37,492 nt of DNA from the NCBI GenBank assembly GCA_002439735.1, contig DJPG01000044.1, forward strand, positions 1 to 37,492, given 5' to 3'. This document shows positions 26,765 to 36,029 of the stretch, piece by piece (position 1 is the first letter of the stretch; the number at the start of each line of letters is the position of its first letter). The notes under the pieces are model-generated. The model had not been told where the DNA came from, made no database searches, and saw only the letters and a list, made by a program, of their open reading frames with translations. The position numbers and the translations under genes are program-made. This stretch comes from Firmicutes bacterium UBA6418 (GTDB lineage: Bacteria; Bacillota; Clostridia; Peptostreptococcales; Anaerovoracaceae).

Positions 26765-27379
26765 ATGATAAAATATATCCGCGGAATTTACGCGATGACT
26801 TTGGAATCCGGGATCGTGGTCGAAACGGCTTCGGGTATCGGATTTGAGATCCATGTGCCGGCGGGTTCGCCGCTGTACCGCGGCGGGCAAGGTGAGGAAA
26901 TCCTCGTCTATACGCTGATGACGGTCAAAGAAGATGACATCAGCCTGTACGGCTTTCACAACCGGGAGAGTCTGGAGCTTTTTCGCATGCTGATTACGGT
27001 AAATGGGATCGGTGCTAAGGCCGCGATGTCCATCATGGGTTCCATGCCGGCGGATACGCTGCGGCGGGCTATTATTTTTGAAGATGTCAAAGAGATCAGT
27101 AAAGCAAACGGCGTCGGCAAAAAGACTGCCGAGCGCCTGATCCTGGAATTAAAGGATAAATTGGGGAAGCTGGAGGCTTCCGAAAACGGTGCGGATGCAT
27201 GTGCGGGCGGCATTTCGTCTGCGGACGCAGAGGCTTCCGACAGCAGAACGGAAGCGATCAATGCGCTGATCGCGCTCGGATACAGCAAAGCCGAGGCATT
27301 CGCGGCTGTGGCAAAGGTCGCAGATGAAGATCTGACTTGTGAGGAATACATTAAAAAGGCATTGAAGAGCTTGTTCTGA
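26765..27379 (+). CDS. ruvA: Holliday junction branch migration protein RuvA
   Basis: LYGF, VNGIGAKAA, GVGKKTAERLILELK and ALIALGY. Confidence 0.95.
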   Translation: MIKYIRGIYAMTLESGIVVETASGIGFEIHVPAGSPLYRGGQGEEILVYTLMTVKEDDISLYGFHNRESLELFRMLITVNGIGAKAAMSIMGSMPADTLRRAIIFEDVKEISKANGVGKKTAERLILELKDKLGKLEASENGADACAGGISSADAEASDSRTEAINALIALGYSKAEAFAAVAKVADEDLTCEEYIKKALKSLF

Positions 27380-27413
27380 CAGGCTGACGTAATGCGGAAT
27401 GAGAGAATCTGGA

Positions 27414-28421
27414 ATGGAAAACGAACGAATCACGTCTGCCGGCGCAGGCCAGGGTGAATCCAGACAGGAGGCCGGTCTAAGGCCGCAGCATCTGGATGAG
27501 TACATCGGTCAGCAGGGCGTAAAGGAAAATCTGAAAATTTTTATACAGGCGGCCAAGCTTCGCGGCGAGCCGTTGGATCATGTCTTGTTTTACGGCCCTC
27601 CGGGACTCGGCAAAACGACCTTGGCAGGAATCATCGCCAATGAGCTTGGGGTCGACATCAAGATCACTTCCGGACCGGCCATTGAGCGCGCGGGTGATCT
27701 TGCCGCGATCCTGACAAATCTCAATGAAAACGATGTGCTGTTCATCGATGAGATCCACCGTCTGAACCGCTCTGTGGAGGAAGTCCTTTATTCCGCTATG
27801 GAGGACTATGCGCTGGATATCATCATCGGTAAGGGGCCGTCTGCAAGATCCATTCGTCTGGATCTTGCCAAATTCACACTGATCGGCGCGACAACCAGAG
27901 CAGGAAGCCTGTCGGCTCCGCTACGGGATCGGTTCGGCGTCATCAGCAAGTTTGAATTGTATACGACCGAAGAGCTGAAGCAGATCCTTCGGCGGACTGC
28001 GTCCATCCTGCATGTGGAGATCGACGATGCTTCCTTGGAAGAAATGGCCAAGCGCTCCCGCGGCACGCCGCGTGTAGCAAACCGCATGCTGAAACGGATC
28101 CGCGATTTTTCACAGGTAAAGGGCGATGGCAGGATCCATATTGAGACCACCCGGGAGGGGCTTGCGGCTTTGGGCGTGGACGACCTTGGCCTGGAACGAC
28201 TGGATCGTGAGATCCTGTCCGCGATCATTCAGCGTTTTAACGGAGGACCGGTCGGCATTGATACGATCGCGGCTTCCATCGGAGAGGAACGCGTCACGAT
28301 CGAAGATGTATACGAGCCGTATCTGATCCAGTCCGGATTGCTGTATCGTACGCAGAAGGGCAGAATGGTATCGTCGGCCGGTTACCAACATCTGGGCTTG
28401 CCTTACGAGGAAGAAGCCTAG
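27414..28421 (+). CDS. ruvB: Holliday junction DNA helicase RuvB
   Basis: [26 protein letters not shown] and RGTPR; start could be 27399. Confidence 0.97.
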   Translation: MENERITSAGAGQGESRQEAGLRPQHLDEYIGQQGVKENLKIFIQAAKLRGEPLDHVLFYGPPGLGKTTLAGIIANELGVDIKITSGPAIERAGDLAAILTNLNENDVLFIDEIHRLNRSVEEVLYSAMEDYALDIIIGKGPSARSIRLDLAKFTLIGATTRAGSLSAPLRDRFGVISKFELYTTEELKQILRRTASILHVEIDDASLEEMAKRSRGTPRVANRMLKRIRDFSQVKGDGRIHIETTREGLAALGVDDLGLERLDREILSAIIQRFNGGPVGIDTIAASIGEERVTIEDVYEPYLIQSGLLYRTQKGRMVSSAGYQHLGLPYEEEA

Positions 28422-28506
28422 CGGAAGACAGGCGGCGGAGATTGAACCGCGAGACAAGAACGACAAAGAGATATAAAGGTATAAAAAAAGAATTGGGACA
28501 ATACAC

Positions 28507-29556
28507 ATGCATATCAATGATTTTGATTACGAACTGCCGCAGGAGCTGATCGCGCAGACTCCGGCAGAAAAAAGAGATTTTTCGAGGCTGATGGTCGTTG
28601 ATCGCGCGACCGGGAGCGTGGAGCACAAGCACTTTTATGATATCATCGACTACCTGCAGCCGACGGATTGTCTGGTGCTGAACAATTCCAAGGTATTGCC
28701 GGCCAGGCTCTACGGGATCAAAGAGGGAACCGGCGCGAAGGTGGAATTCCTTTTGATCAAGCGGATCGAGGGAGATATCTGGGAAACGATGGTGCGCCCG
28801 GGCAAACGACTCAAGCCGGGCGATACGGTGTCTTTTTCGGATGATCGCCTTTTCCGCGCGGTTGTGCGGGATTACGGCGAGGACGGAACCCGGATCGTGG
28901 AATTCGAGTATGAAGGGATTTTTTTGGAGCGTCTGGAAGAACTCGGCCAGATGCCGCTTCCACCTTATATCGAACGCGATAACAATACCGAGGATCGTGA
29001 CCGTTATCAGACGGTCTATGCCAAAAATGAGGGATCGGTCGCGGCTCCGACCGCGGGGCTGCATTTTACGCCGGAGCTGCTCGAAAGGGCAAAAGCAAAG
29101 GGCGTGAAGCTCGCTTACGTCACGCTGCATGTCGGGATTGGCACATTCCGACCGGTCAAGGTGGAGAAGATCGAAGAGCATCATATGCACTTTGAAGAAT
29201 ATTATGTGGACGAAGAAACCGCAAAGACGATCAACGAAACCATTCTGGCAGGCGGACGGATTGTCTCCGTCGGTACGACTTCGACCCGCACCGTCGAGAG
29301 CGCTGCCCGCTTGGATGAGGCCACCGACAGGTATCTGGTGCAGCCGGGTCACGGCTCGACCGGCATTTTTATCTATCCGGGGTATGAGTTCAAGATCATC
29401 GACGCGCTGATCACCAATTTCCATCTGCCGAAATCCACGCTGCTGATGCTGATCTCCGCCCTGTACAACCGGGAAGATATTCTGCGCGTCTACAAGATCG
29501 CGGTCGAGGAAAAGTACCGCTTTTTCAGCTATGGCGACGCGATGTTCATCAAATAG
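28507..29556 (+). CDS. queA: SAM:tRNA ribosyltransferase-isomerase
   Basis: [40 protein letters not shown] and YRFFSYGD. Confidence 0.97.
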   Translation: MHINDFDYELPQELIAQTPAEKRDFSRLMVVDRATGSVEHKHFYDIIDYLQPTDCLVLNNSKVLPARLYGIKEGTGAKVEFLLIKRIEGDIWETMVRPGKRLKPGDTVSFSDDRLFRAVVRDYGEDGTRIVEFEYEGIFLERLEELGQMPLPPYIERDNNTEDRDRYQTVYAKNEGSVAAPTAGLHFTPELLERAKAKGVKLAYVTLHVGIGTFRPVKVEKIEEHHMHFEEYYVDEETAKTINETILAGGRIVSVGTTSTRTVESAARLDEATDRYLVQPGHGSTGIFIYPGYEFKIIDALITNFHLPKSTLLMLISALYNREDILRVYKIAVEEKYRFFSYGDAMFIK

Positions 29557-29562
29557 ACGATG

Positions 29563-29618
29563 CATAGCCGGAAGATCATGCCAGACAGATCATAGTCGTC
29601 AGGTCATGCCTGGCAAAT
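29563..29618. repeat. Four degenerate 14-bp tandem units (28-bp higher-order period)
   Basis: CATAGCCGGAAGAT / CATGCCAGACAGAT / CATAGTCGTCAGGT / CATGCCTGGCAAAT. Confidence 0.55.
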
Positions 29619-29745
29619 AAGCACGGGAGAGGCATTGGATTTTTTCGTACTTCGACTTCAAAAACACAACATTGACCGCCGGGAGCATAGCGAAACGTGT
29701 CGAATTATGTTAGCGGTTGCGTTTTTGGGAAGGCTTCGTTCGTTT

Positions 29746-29789
29746 ACGCAAGGTTTTTTCTATTTTCAGGAAGAAACCTTGCGTTTTTG
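29746..29789 (+). terminator. Terminator-like hairpin downstream of queA
   Basis: ACGCAAGGTTTTTTC / GAAGAAACCTTGCGT stem (one G-U) followed by TTTT. Confidence 0.6.
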
Positions 29790-29973
29790 AATACGAAGAC
29801 CTAAAATGTACAATAGACTGCAAGTCTTTGAAATAAAACAGAGAGATTACAAGAAAAACTTGCGTTCTGGAGGTAAGTGTAGGCAAAAACGCAAGAAAAG
29901 GAGCCGTCGCTCTAACGGTTATTTTCCGTTCGTGCGCGCAGTCCTTTTGCTTGCGTTTGGTTTTATCGAAAAG

Positions 29974-30474
29974 CTATTTGTTTGCGCCGCAGCATTTCTT
30001 GTACTTCTTGCCGCTGCCGCAAGGACATGGGTCGTTTCTGCCCGGTTCTTTTTCTTTGTGCACGGTTTTGGAACGCTTGAAGTCCTTGATGATCTGCATA
30101 ATCTTCTCTTCGGAGAAGATATCTTCCCACTGCTTCAAGGTGTACAGATAATCCGCGTCTGCCTTGAGCATATTGAAGAAGAGCTTTTCGAAATCAACAT
30201 CCAGATCGATCTCGGTGTCTTCGGTTACCGCTTCCAGATCAAACGGGTTGTTCAGACTGGTCTGGATGCCGTCCAAAAATCCCAGAAAGATTACAGGATC
30301 TGCTTCAAACTGCACGATCAGATCCGACACCTTTCCTGCAAGGTGTGAGTCCTTGTTCTCCAGAATGTAAGTGTAGATGCGGGTCTCGGTTTCGCTATAT
30401 TCTTTCCAGAATGCTTCGAATGTTTCTTCGGTCTGACCTTCCATCAGGTCGGTCCACTGTTGATATAAACTCAT
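29974..30474 (-). CDS. SEC-C metal-binding domain protein
   Basis: C-terminal [18 protein letters not shown]; acidic N-terminal region; RBS GGAGG. Confidence 0.9.
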   Translation of the reverse strand: MSLYQQWTDLMEGQTEETFEAFWKEYSETETRIYTYILENKDSHLAGKVSDLIVQFEADPVIFLGFLDGIQTSLNNPFDLEAVTEDTEIDLDVDFEKLFFNMLKADADYLYTLKQWEDIFSEEKIMQIIKDFKRSKTVHKEKEPGRNDPCPCGSGKKYKKCCGANK

Positions 30475-30552
30475 TTTCAATTCCTCCGTATTGTGATTCA
30501 TGTCGTGATTCGACGGTATTGGCTCTATAGGCTCTCTTTGCAGTTGTGTGCG

Positions 30553-31509
30553 CTACAGGCTTTTGGCGATGCTGATCAGGTCGCCGACGACTGCGCTTCC
30601 GGTCGGAAGGGCACCGGCACCTTTGCCGTAAAACATGACTTCGCCGACCATGTCGCCGGTGATGTAAACCGCGTTAAACTCATTGCTGACACCGGCAAGC
30701 GGGTGAGAAACAGGCAGCTTTTCCGGTGCGACGCCTGCGGTAACTTTGCCGTTTTCGTCGATCGAAGCATGTGCGATCAGTTTGAGCTTGCAACCCTCGG
30801 ATGCAGCCTGCGCAATATCCGCTGCAGTGATCTTTGAAATGCCGATGGTCGGGATCTGCTGCGGCGGAATGTATTGATCAAAGAGCAGAGCAATCAGGAT
30901 GCAGAGTTTGTTGGCAACATCAATACCCTCGACGTCTGCAGTAGGGTCTGCTTCCGCAAAGCCTTTGGCCTGAGCGTCCTTCAAGGCATCCGCGTAGTCC
31001 GCGCCGTCTTCCGTCATCTTGGTCAAGATATAGTTTGTGGTACCGTTGACGATGCCCATGACTTCCAGAAACCGGTTGCCCTGCAGAGCATCGCGAATCG
31101 CGGTCAGAACCGGTATCCCGCCGCCGACGCTGGCTTCGAACAGGAATTGCACCTTGTTTTTTTCTGCGGCAGCTTGTAGCTTTTCGTAGTTTGCCGCGAC
31201 AGCTGCCTTGTTGGCCGTGACAACGTGTTTACCATGCGCCATCGCCTGCAGCATGAAAGAAGAAGCCGGTTCGATACCGCCCATGGTTTCAACGACCACA
31301 TTGATGTCCGGATCGGTCAGAATCACATCGGGATCCTCGGTGATCATATGCGGCGGCAGCCCATCGCGTTTGCTGCGAACCAATGCCTTTACCACATCTA
31401 TGGACATGCCGGTTCTTTCAGTAATCAGATCATGGTTTTGGGTGAGAATCTGGTAGGTTCCGCCGCCAACGGTACCGAAGCCTAAAATGCCGACTTTGAG
31501 TTTTTTCAT
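30553..31509 (-). CDS. hom: Homoserine dehydrogenase (no ACT domain)
   Basis: GFGTVG, HVVTANK, FEASVGGGIP, GIVNGTTNYIL, GFAEADPTADVEG and GAGALPTGSAV. Confidence 0.92.
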   Translation of the reverse strand: MKKLKVGILGFGTVGGGTYQILTQNHDLITERTGMSIDVVKALVRSKRDGLPPHMITEDPDVILTDPDINVVVETMGGIEPASSFMLQAMAHGKHVVTANKAAVAANYEKLQAAAEKNKVQFLFEASVGGGIPVLTAIRDALQGNRFLEVMGIVNGTTNYILTKMTEDGADYADALKDAQAKGFAEADPTADVEGIDVANKLCILIALLFDQYIPPQQIPTIGISKITAADIAQAASEGCKLKLIAHASIDENGKVTAGVAPEKLPVSHPLAGVSNEFNAVYITGDMVGEVMFYGKGAGALPTGSAVVGDLISIAKSL

Positions 31510-31729
31510 TTGTTTTCCTCCGTAATCTTGCAAAAATACAGTAGCTTTGGTCTCGATCGAAAAGACCGAAATCGCGCTTTATGCGCCGGATTTCAAGCAG
31601 CTGCGCTGTGCATGCAGCTATTATATAATATTTTTGCGTATTTGTATATTAAAAAAGTTTTCTTTTTTCTAAAAATTTGCTATGATAATGGGTGAGAAAA
31701 TGAAGTGAAGAACGGAACAGGAGAAAAAC

Positions 31730-32206
31730 ATGGCATTACATATTGTTTTTGTACAACCGGAGATCCCGCCGAATACGGGAAATATCGCCAGAACCTGTGC
31801 GGCGACAGGCAGCGTGCTGCACCTGGTAAGGCCTTTGGGGTTTTCCATCGACGACAAGAGTCTGAAACGTGCGGGGTTGGATTACTGGCCATTTGTGAAG
31901 CTGGAAGTCCACGAAAGTCTGGATGCTTTCATGCAAAAATACGGGCAGGATGACCGCCGTCTGTTCCTGGCGACAACCAAGGGCGGACATCTGTATACCG
32001 AGCCGCAGTATCGTGACGAGGATATGTTTCTCTTCGGCAGGGAAACGGCCGGACTTCCGCGGGATTTTATCGCGGAGCACGCAGAGACCGCGATCCGCAT
32101 CCCGATGAGTGCGGATACAAGACTGCGTTCCTTTAATCTGGCAAATTCCGCGAACATTATTTTATTCGAAGCACTCAGACAATTAAACTTCCCGGGGTTG
32201 AAATAA
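31730..32206 (+). CDS. trmL: tRNA (cytidine34-2'-O)-methyltransferase
   Basis: PEIPPNTGNIARTCA, RAGLDYW, FGRETAGLP and IRIPM...RSFNLAN. Confidence 0.93.
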   Translation: MALHIVFVQPEIPPNTGNIARTCAATGSVLHLVRPLGFSIDDKSLKRAGLDYWPFVKLEVHESLDAFMQKYGQDDRRLFLATTKGGHLYTEPQYRDEDMFLFGRETAGLPRDFIAEHAETAIRIPMSADTRLRSFNLANSANIILFEALRQLNFPGLK

Positions 32207-32234
32207 GATATAAATTTTGGTATAATACTTGCAT
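32198..32234 (+). promoter_or_regulatory. rpoN sigmaA promoter overlapped by a sigma54 -24/-12 site
   Basis: TTGAAA-N17-TATAAT (32198-32226); TGGTATAATACTTGCAT has GG-N10-GC (32219-32232). Confidence 0.7.
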
Positions 32235-32268
32235 AAAATATTTTTAGGTGTTTTCTTCGAGGTGTAGG

Positions 32269-33687
32269 ATGAAGCTAGGATATGATTTAACAATTGAACA
32301 AACCCAAAAGCTGACCATGACCCCGGAACTGATCCAGGCGATCCAGATCCTTCAATTCAACACGCAGGAACTGGATTCCTTTGTGCAGAACGAACTGATG
32401 CAGAATCCGGTGCTGGAGTATGAAGGCAGTGAGGACAAGGAAAAAAAAGATCCGGACGTTTCCAAGTCAGAAGCAATGGACAAAAAGGAGGCCGAAGAGG
32501 CTGATTTTGACCTGCGTGAAAAAGTCAAGGAAGCGGAATATGATGACATCAGCTATCGTCAGTGGGAGTATTCCAAGGATCACGACGAAACTTCCTTTGA
32601 GCAGTTTGTCAGTAAGGAAGAGACCTTGGAGGACTCGTTGCTTTTGCAGTTGACCTTTTCCAAGCTCAAAGGCTGCGACATGAAGATCGGCCGCTACCTG
32701 ATTGAGGCCATGGATGATAATGGATACCTGACCGTGGATATCGCGCGGGTTGCCAAATGCTTTAAAGTCGAGCTTGCAAGAGTGGAACGAGTGTTGGATG
32801 TCATTCAGACTTTTGAACCGGCAGGTGTCGGCGCCAGAAGTCTGGAGGAATGCCTGATCATACAGCTGGCAGCAAAGGGACTGTTGGAAGATTCCATCGA
32901 ATATATTATTTTGCATCATTTGGCTGATCTGGGAGAAAATAAACTCAACAAGGTCGCCAAGTCTACAGGGTTGACCATTTCACAGGTACAGTTGATCACG
33001 GACATTATCCGCACGCTGGAGCCAAAGCCCGGCAGACAGTTTTCTTCAGGGGAAAGCATCAAATACATTGTGCCGGATGTTACCGTCGAGAAGGTGGACG
33101 GCGAATATCATGTCATCACCAACGATGGTGCAGTTCCACATCTGATGGTCAGTCCGTATTATTCGTCGCTCGCCAAAGAAGCGCCGAACGATGAAGAACT
33201 TTCCAAGTATCTGACCGACAAATATAATGCGGCGCTTTGGCTGATCCGAAGTATTGAACAAAGAAAGCAGACAATCTACAACGTCGCGCAGGCGGTCGTG
33301 GATTATCAGAAAGAGTTTTTGGATAAGGGCGCTAAATTCCTGAAAACCCTGACCTTGAAACAGGTTGCCGAGGCGCTGGACATTCATGAATCAACCGTCA
33401 GCCGTTCCATTAACGGAAAATATATCCAGACTCCGCGTGGGGTCTTTGAGATCAAATACTTTTTCTCAAGTGGCGTGACCGGCGCGAGCGGAGAAGGCAT
33501 GTCATCCAACAGCATCAAATCCTTTATCAAGGAGATCATCGACGGAGAAGATCCGAGGAAGCCTTACAGCGATCAGGATATGGTTGAGATCTTGAGTCGC
33601 AAAGGCATTGAAATCTCCAGACGTACGGTTGCTAAGTACCGGGAGGGCATGAATATCTTATCTTCCTCAAAACGGAGAAGATATTAA
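32269..33687 (+). CDS. rpoN: RNA polymerase sigma-54 factor (SigL)
   Basis: Q/L-rich region I, EPAGVGAR, HESTVSR and RpoN box SRRTVAKYR. Confidence 0.97.
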   Translation: MKLGYDLTIEQTQKLTMTPELIQAIQILQFNTQELDSFVQNELMQNPVLEYEGSEDKEKKDPDVSKSEAMDKKEAEEADFDLREKVKEAEYDDISYRQWEYSKDHDETSFEQFVSKEETLEDSLLLQLTFSKLKGCDMKIGRYLIEAMDDNGYLTVDIARVAKCFKVELARVERVLDVIQTFEPAGVGARSLEECLIIQLAAKGLLEDSIEYIILHHLADLGENKLNKVAKSTGLTISQVQLITDIIRTLEPKPGRQFSSGESIKYIVPDVTVEKVDGEYHVITNDGAVPHLMVSPYYSSLAKEAPNDEELSKYLTDKYNAALWLIRSIEQRKQTIYNVAQAVVDYQKEFLDKGAKFLKTLTLKQVAEALDIHESTVSRSINGKYIQTPRGVFEIKYFFSSGVTGASGEGMSSNSIKSFIKEIIDGEDPRKPYSDQDMVEILSRKGIEISRRTVAKYREGMNILSSSKRRRY

Positions 33688-33748
33688 AATACAATATGAA
33701 ATACATTACAGAAAAGTCATTGAAAGAGAGTTTAGGAGGAGAATGAAA

Positions 33749-34765
33749 ATGGCGATCAGAGTTGGAATTAACGGTTTCGGACGAATCGGACGTGTGGTGA
33801 TCCGCGCAGCGATGGATATGCCGGAAATTGAAATCCGGGCGATCAACCTGCGGAACGCGGATCTGGAATATATGGTTTACATGCTGAAGTATGATACGGT
33901 TTTCGGCAGATTCCCAAAGAGTCTGGACCACGATCAGTCCGGTATCTTTATTGACGGCAAGCATGTCGATGTCTATTCTTATTCCGACGCGCTGGAGATT
34001 CCGTGGAAAGAAGCCGGCGTCGATTATGTCATTGACTGTACCGGCGCTTATGTTACCACCGAGAAAGCGATGGATCATATCGAAGCAGGCGCGAAGCATG
34101 TGATCATTTCCGCTCCGGCAAAGGACAAGGATACCCCGACCTTTGTATACGGCGTCAACCATGAAACCTACCGTTCTGACATGAAAGTCGTTTCCAACGC
34201 ATCCTGTACCACCAACTGTCTGGCACCACTGATGAAAGTCATCGAAGACAACTACGGAATTAAAGAGGGTCTGATGTCCACCATCCATGCGGCGACCGCA
34301 AAGCAGAAAGTCGTTGACGCTAAATCGCTCAAAGACTGGAGAACCGGCCGTAGCGTATTCGGCAACGTGATCCCGTCCACGACTGGCGCGGCTAAAGCAG
34401 TCGGCCTGGTCATTCCGTCCCTGCAGGGCAAGATGACAGGAATTTCTTACCGTGTACCGACTGCAGACGTTTCGGTCATTGATGTCAATGTGGTTCTAAA
34501 CACACCGACCAGCGGACCGGAGCTCAGACAGAAGATCAAAGAAGCATCCGAGACCTACCTGAAAGGGGTTTTGGAATATGTGGACGACGAAGTGGTCTCC
34601 GGCGATTTTGTAGGCGATCCGCATACCTCCATCTTTGATGCCCGCCAGACCATCGAGTTGAATGATCATTTCTTCAAACTGATCGCGTACTATGACAACG
34701 AATTCGGTTATTCCAGCAATCTCTTGAACATGCTCAAATATATGCATCATGTCGACTGCGAATAG
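33749..34765 (+). CDS. gap: Type I GAPDH, divergent copy with NADP-type fingerprints
   Basis: [39 protein letters not shown] replaces INDL; start could be 33743. Confidence 0.88.
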   Translation: MAIRVGINGFGRIGRVVIRAAMDMPEIEIRAINLRNADLEYMVYMLKYDTVFGRFPKSLDHDQSGIFIDGKHVDVYSYSDALEIPWKEAGVDYVIDCTGAYVTTEKAMDHIEAGAKHVIISAPAKDKDTPTFVYGVNHETYRSDMKVVSNASCTTNCLAPLMKVIEDNYGIKEGLMSTIHAATAKQKVVDAKSLKDWRTGRSVFGNVIPSTTGAAKAVGLVIPSLQGKMTGISYRVPTADVSVIDVNVVLNTPTSGPELRQKIKEASETYLKGVLEYVDDEVVSGDFVGDPHTSIFDARQTIELNDHFFKLIAYYDNEFGYSSNLLNMLKYMHHVDCE

Positions 34766-34815
34766 ATCCGTATCCATCCGTATACATATTCTAAAGAAAA
34801 AAGGAGATTGGATCT

Positions 34816-36000
34816 ATGAAAAAAACAGTCAGAGATATTGACGTAAAAGGAAAGAAAGTTCTCGTCCGATGCGACTTCAACGTACCGATGCAGGACGGCA
34901 AGATCACCGACGATACCCGGATCGTTTCGGCGCTGCCGACAATCGAATATTTGGTGCAGCACGGCGCGAAGGTTATTTTGATGTCCCACATGGGAAGACC
35001 AGACGGAAAGCCGAAAAAAGAATTTACCCTGCAGCCGGTAGCGGACAGGCTTTCACAGCTACTGGGAAAACCGGTCATCTTTGAAAGCGCGGATCGCGTG
35101 GTTGACGAAAAAGTCCGACAGGTAGCGGCTTCACTCGCGGAGGGTGACGTGATGCTGCTGGAAAATGTCAGATTCCGCAAGGAAGAGACCAAAAACGGCG
35201 CGGAATTCGCAAAAGAACTGGCGTCACTGGGCGATATCTTTGTCAATGACGCGTTCGGAACCGCGCACCGAGCACATGCGTCTACCGCAGGCATCGCGGA
35301 TTATCTGCCGTGTGTTTCCGGTTTTCTGATCGAAAAGGAAGTGCAGTTTCTCGGCAATGCCATTGAAAATCCAGCAAGACCTTTTGTGGCCATTATGGGC
35401 GGTGCCAAAGTCGGAGATAAAATCCCGGTCATCGAGAACCTGCTCAAAAAAGTCGATGCCTTGATCATCGGCGGCGGTATGGCTTATACGTTCTTCAAGG
35501 CGGAGGGACTGGAGATCGGCACCTCGATCCTAGATCAAGACAGCCTGGAAATGGCAAAAGAAATCTTCACAAAAGCAGATCAAGCAGGCGTGAAGTTGCT
35601 GCTTCCGGTCGATGCGGTCTGCGCGAAGGAATTCCGGAACGATACAGAATTTGCTGTGTACGAGAAAGACAAGATCCCGTCTGATCGAATGGGAATGGAT
35701 ATCGGACCAAAGACCGTGGAGCTCTTTCAGAAGGAAATCGCCGCGGCGAAGACCATCGTCTGGAATGGTCCGATGGGCGTATTCGAAATGCCGAACTTCG
35801 CGGCGGGAACCAGAGCGATCGCAGAAGCTTTGGCTGCGTCTGACGCAGTTACGATCATCGGCGGCGGAGACTCCGCGGCGGCCTGTGAGCAATTTGGGCT
35901 CAAGGACAAGATGACACACATCTCCACCGGCGGCGGTGCGTCACTGGAATTCCTGGAGGGCAAAGTGCTTCCGGGTGTTGCGGTGATCGAAGAAAAATAA
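34816..36000 (+). CDS. pgk: Phosphoglycerate kinase
   Basis: [42 protein letters not shown] and [11 protein letters not shown]. Confidence 0.98.
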   Translation: MKKTVRDIDVKGKKVLVRCDFNVPMQDGKITDDTRIVSALPTIEYLVQHGAKVILMSHMGRPDGKPKKEFTLQPVADRLSQLLGKPVIFESADRVVDEKVRQVAASLAEGDVMLLENVRFRKEETKNGAEFAKELASLGDIFVNDAFGTAHRAHASTAGIADYLPCVSGFLIEKEVQFLGNAIENPARPFVAIMGGAKVGDKIPVIENLLKKVDALIIGGGMAYTFFKAEGLEIGTSILDQDSLEMAKEIFTKADQAGVKLLLPVDAVCAKEFRNDTEFAVYEKDKIPSDRMGMDIGPKTVELFQKEIAAAKTIVWNGPMGVFEMPNFAAGTRAIAEALAASDAVTIIGGGDSAAACEQFGLKDKMTHISTGGGASLEFLEGKVLPGVAVIEEK

Positions 36001-36029
36001 GGAAGAAAAAACGAAACAGGAGGCAGATT

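Noticed and set aside
29974..30474. Truncated secA
   Set aside because: Only the SEC-C motif is shared; the ORF has its own RBS and no helicase motifs.
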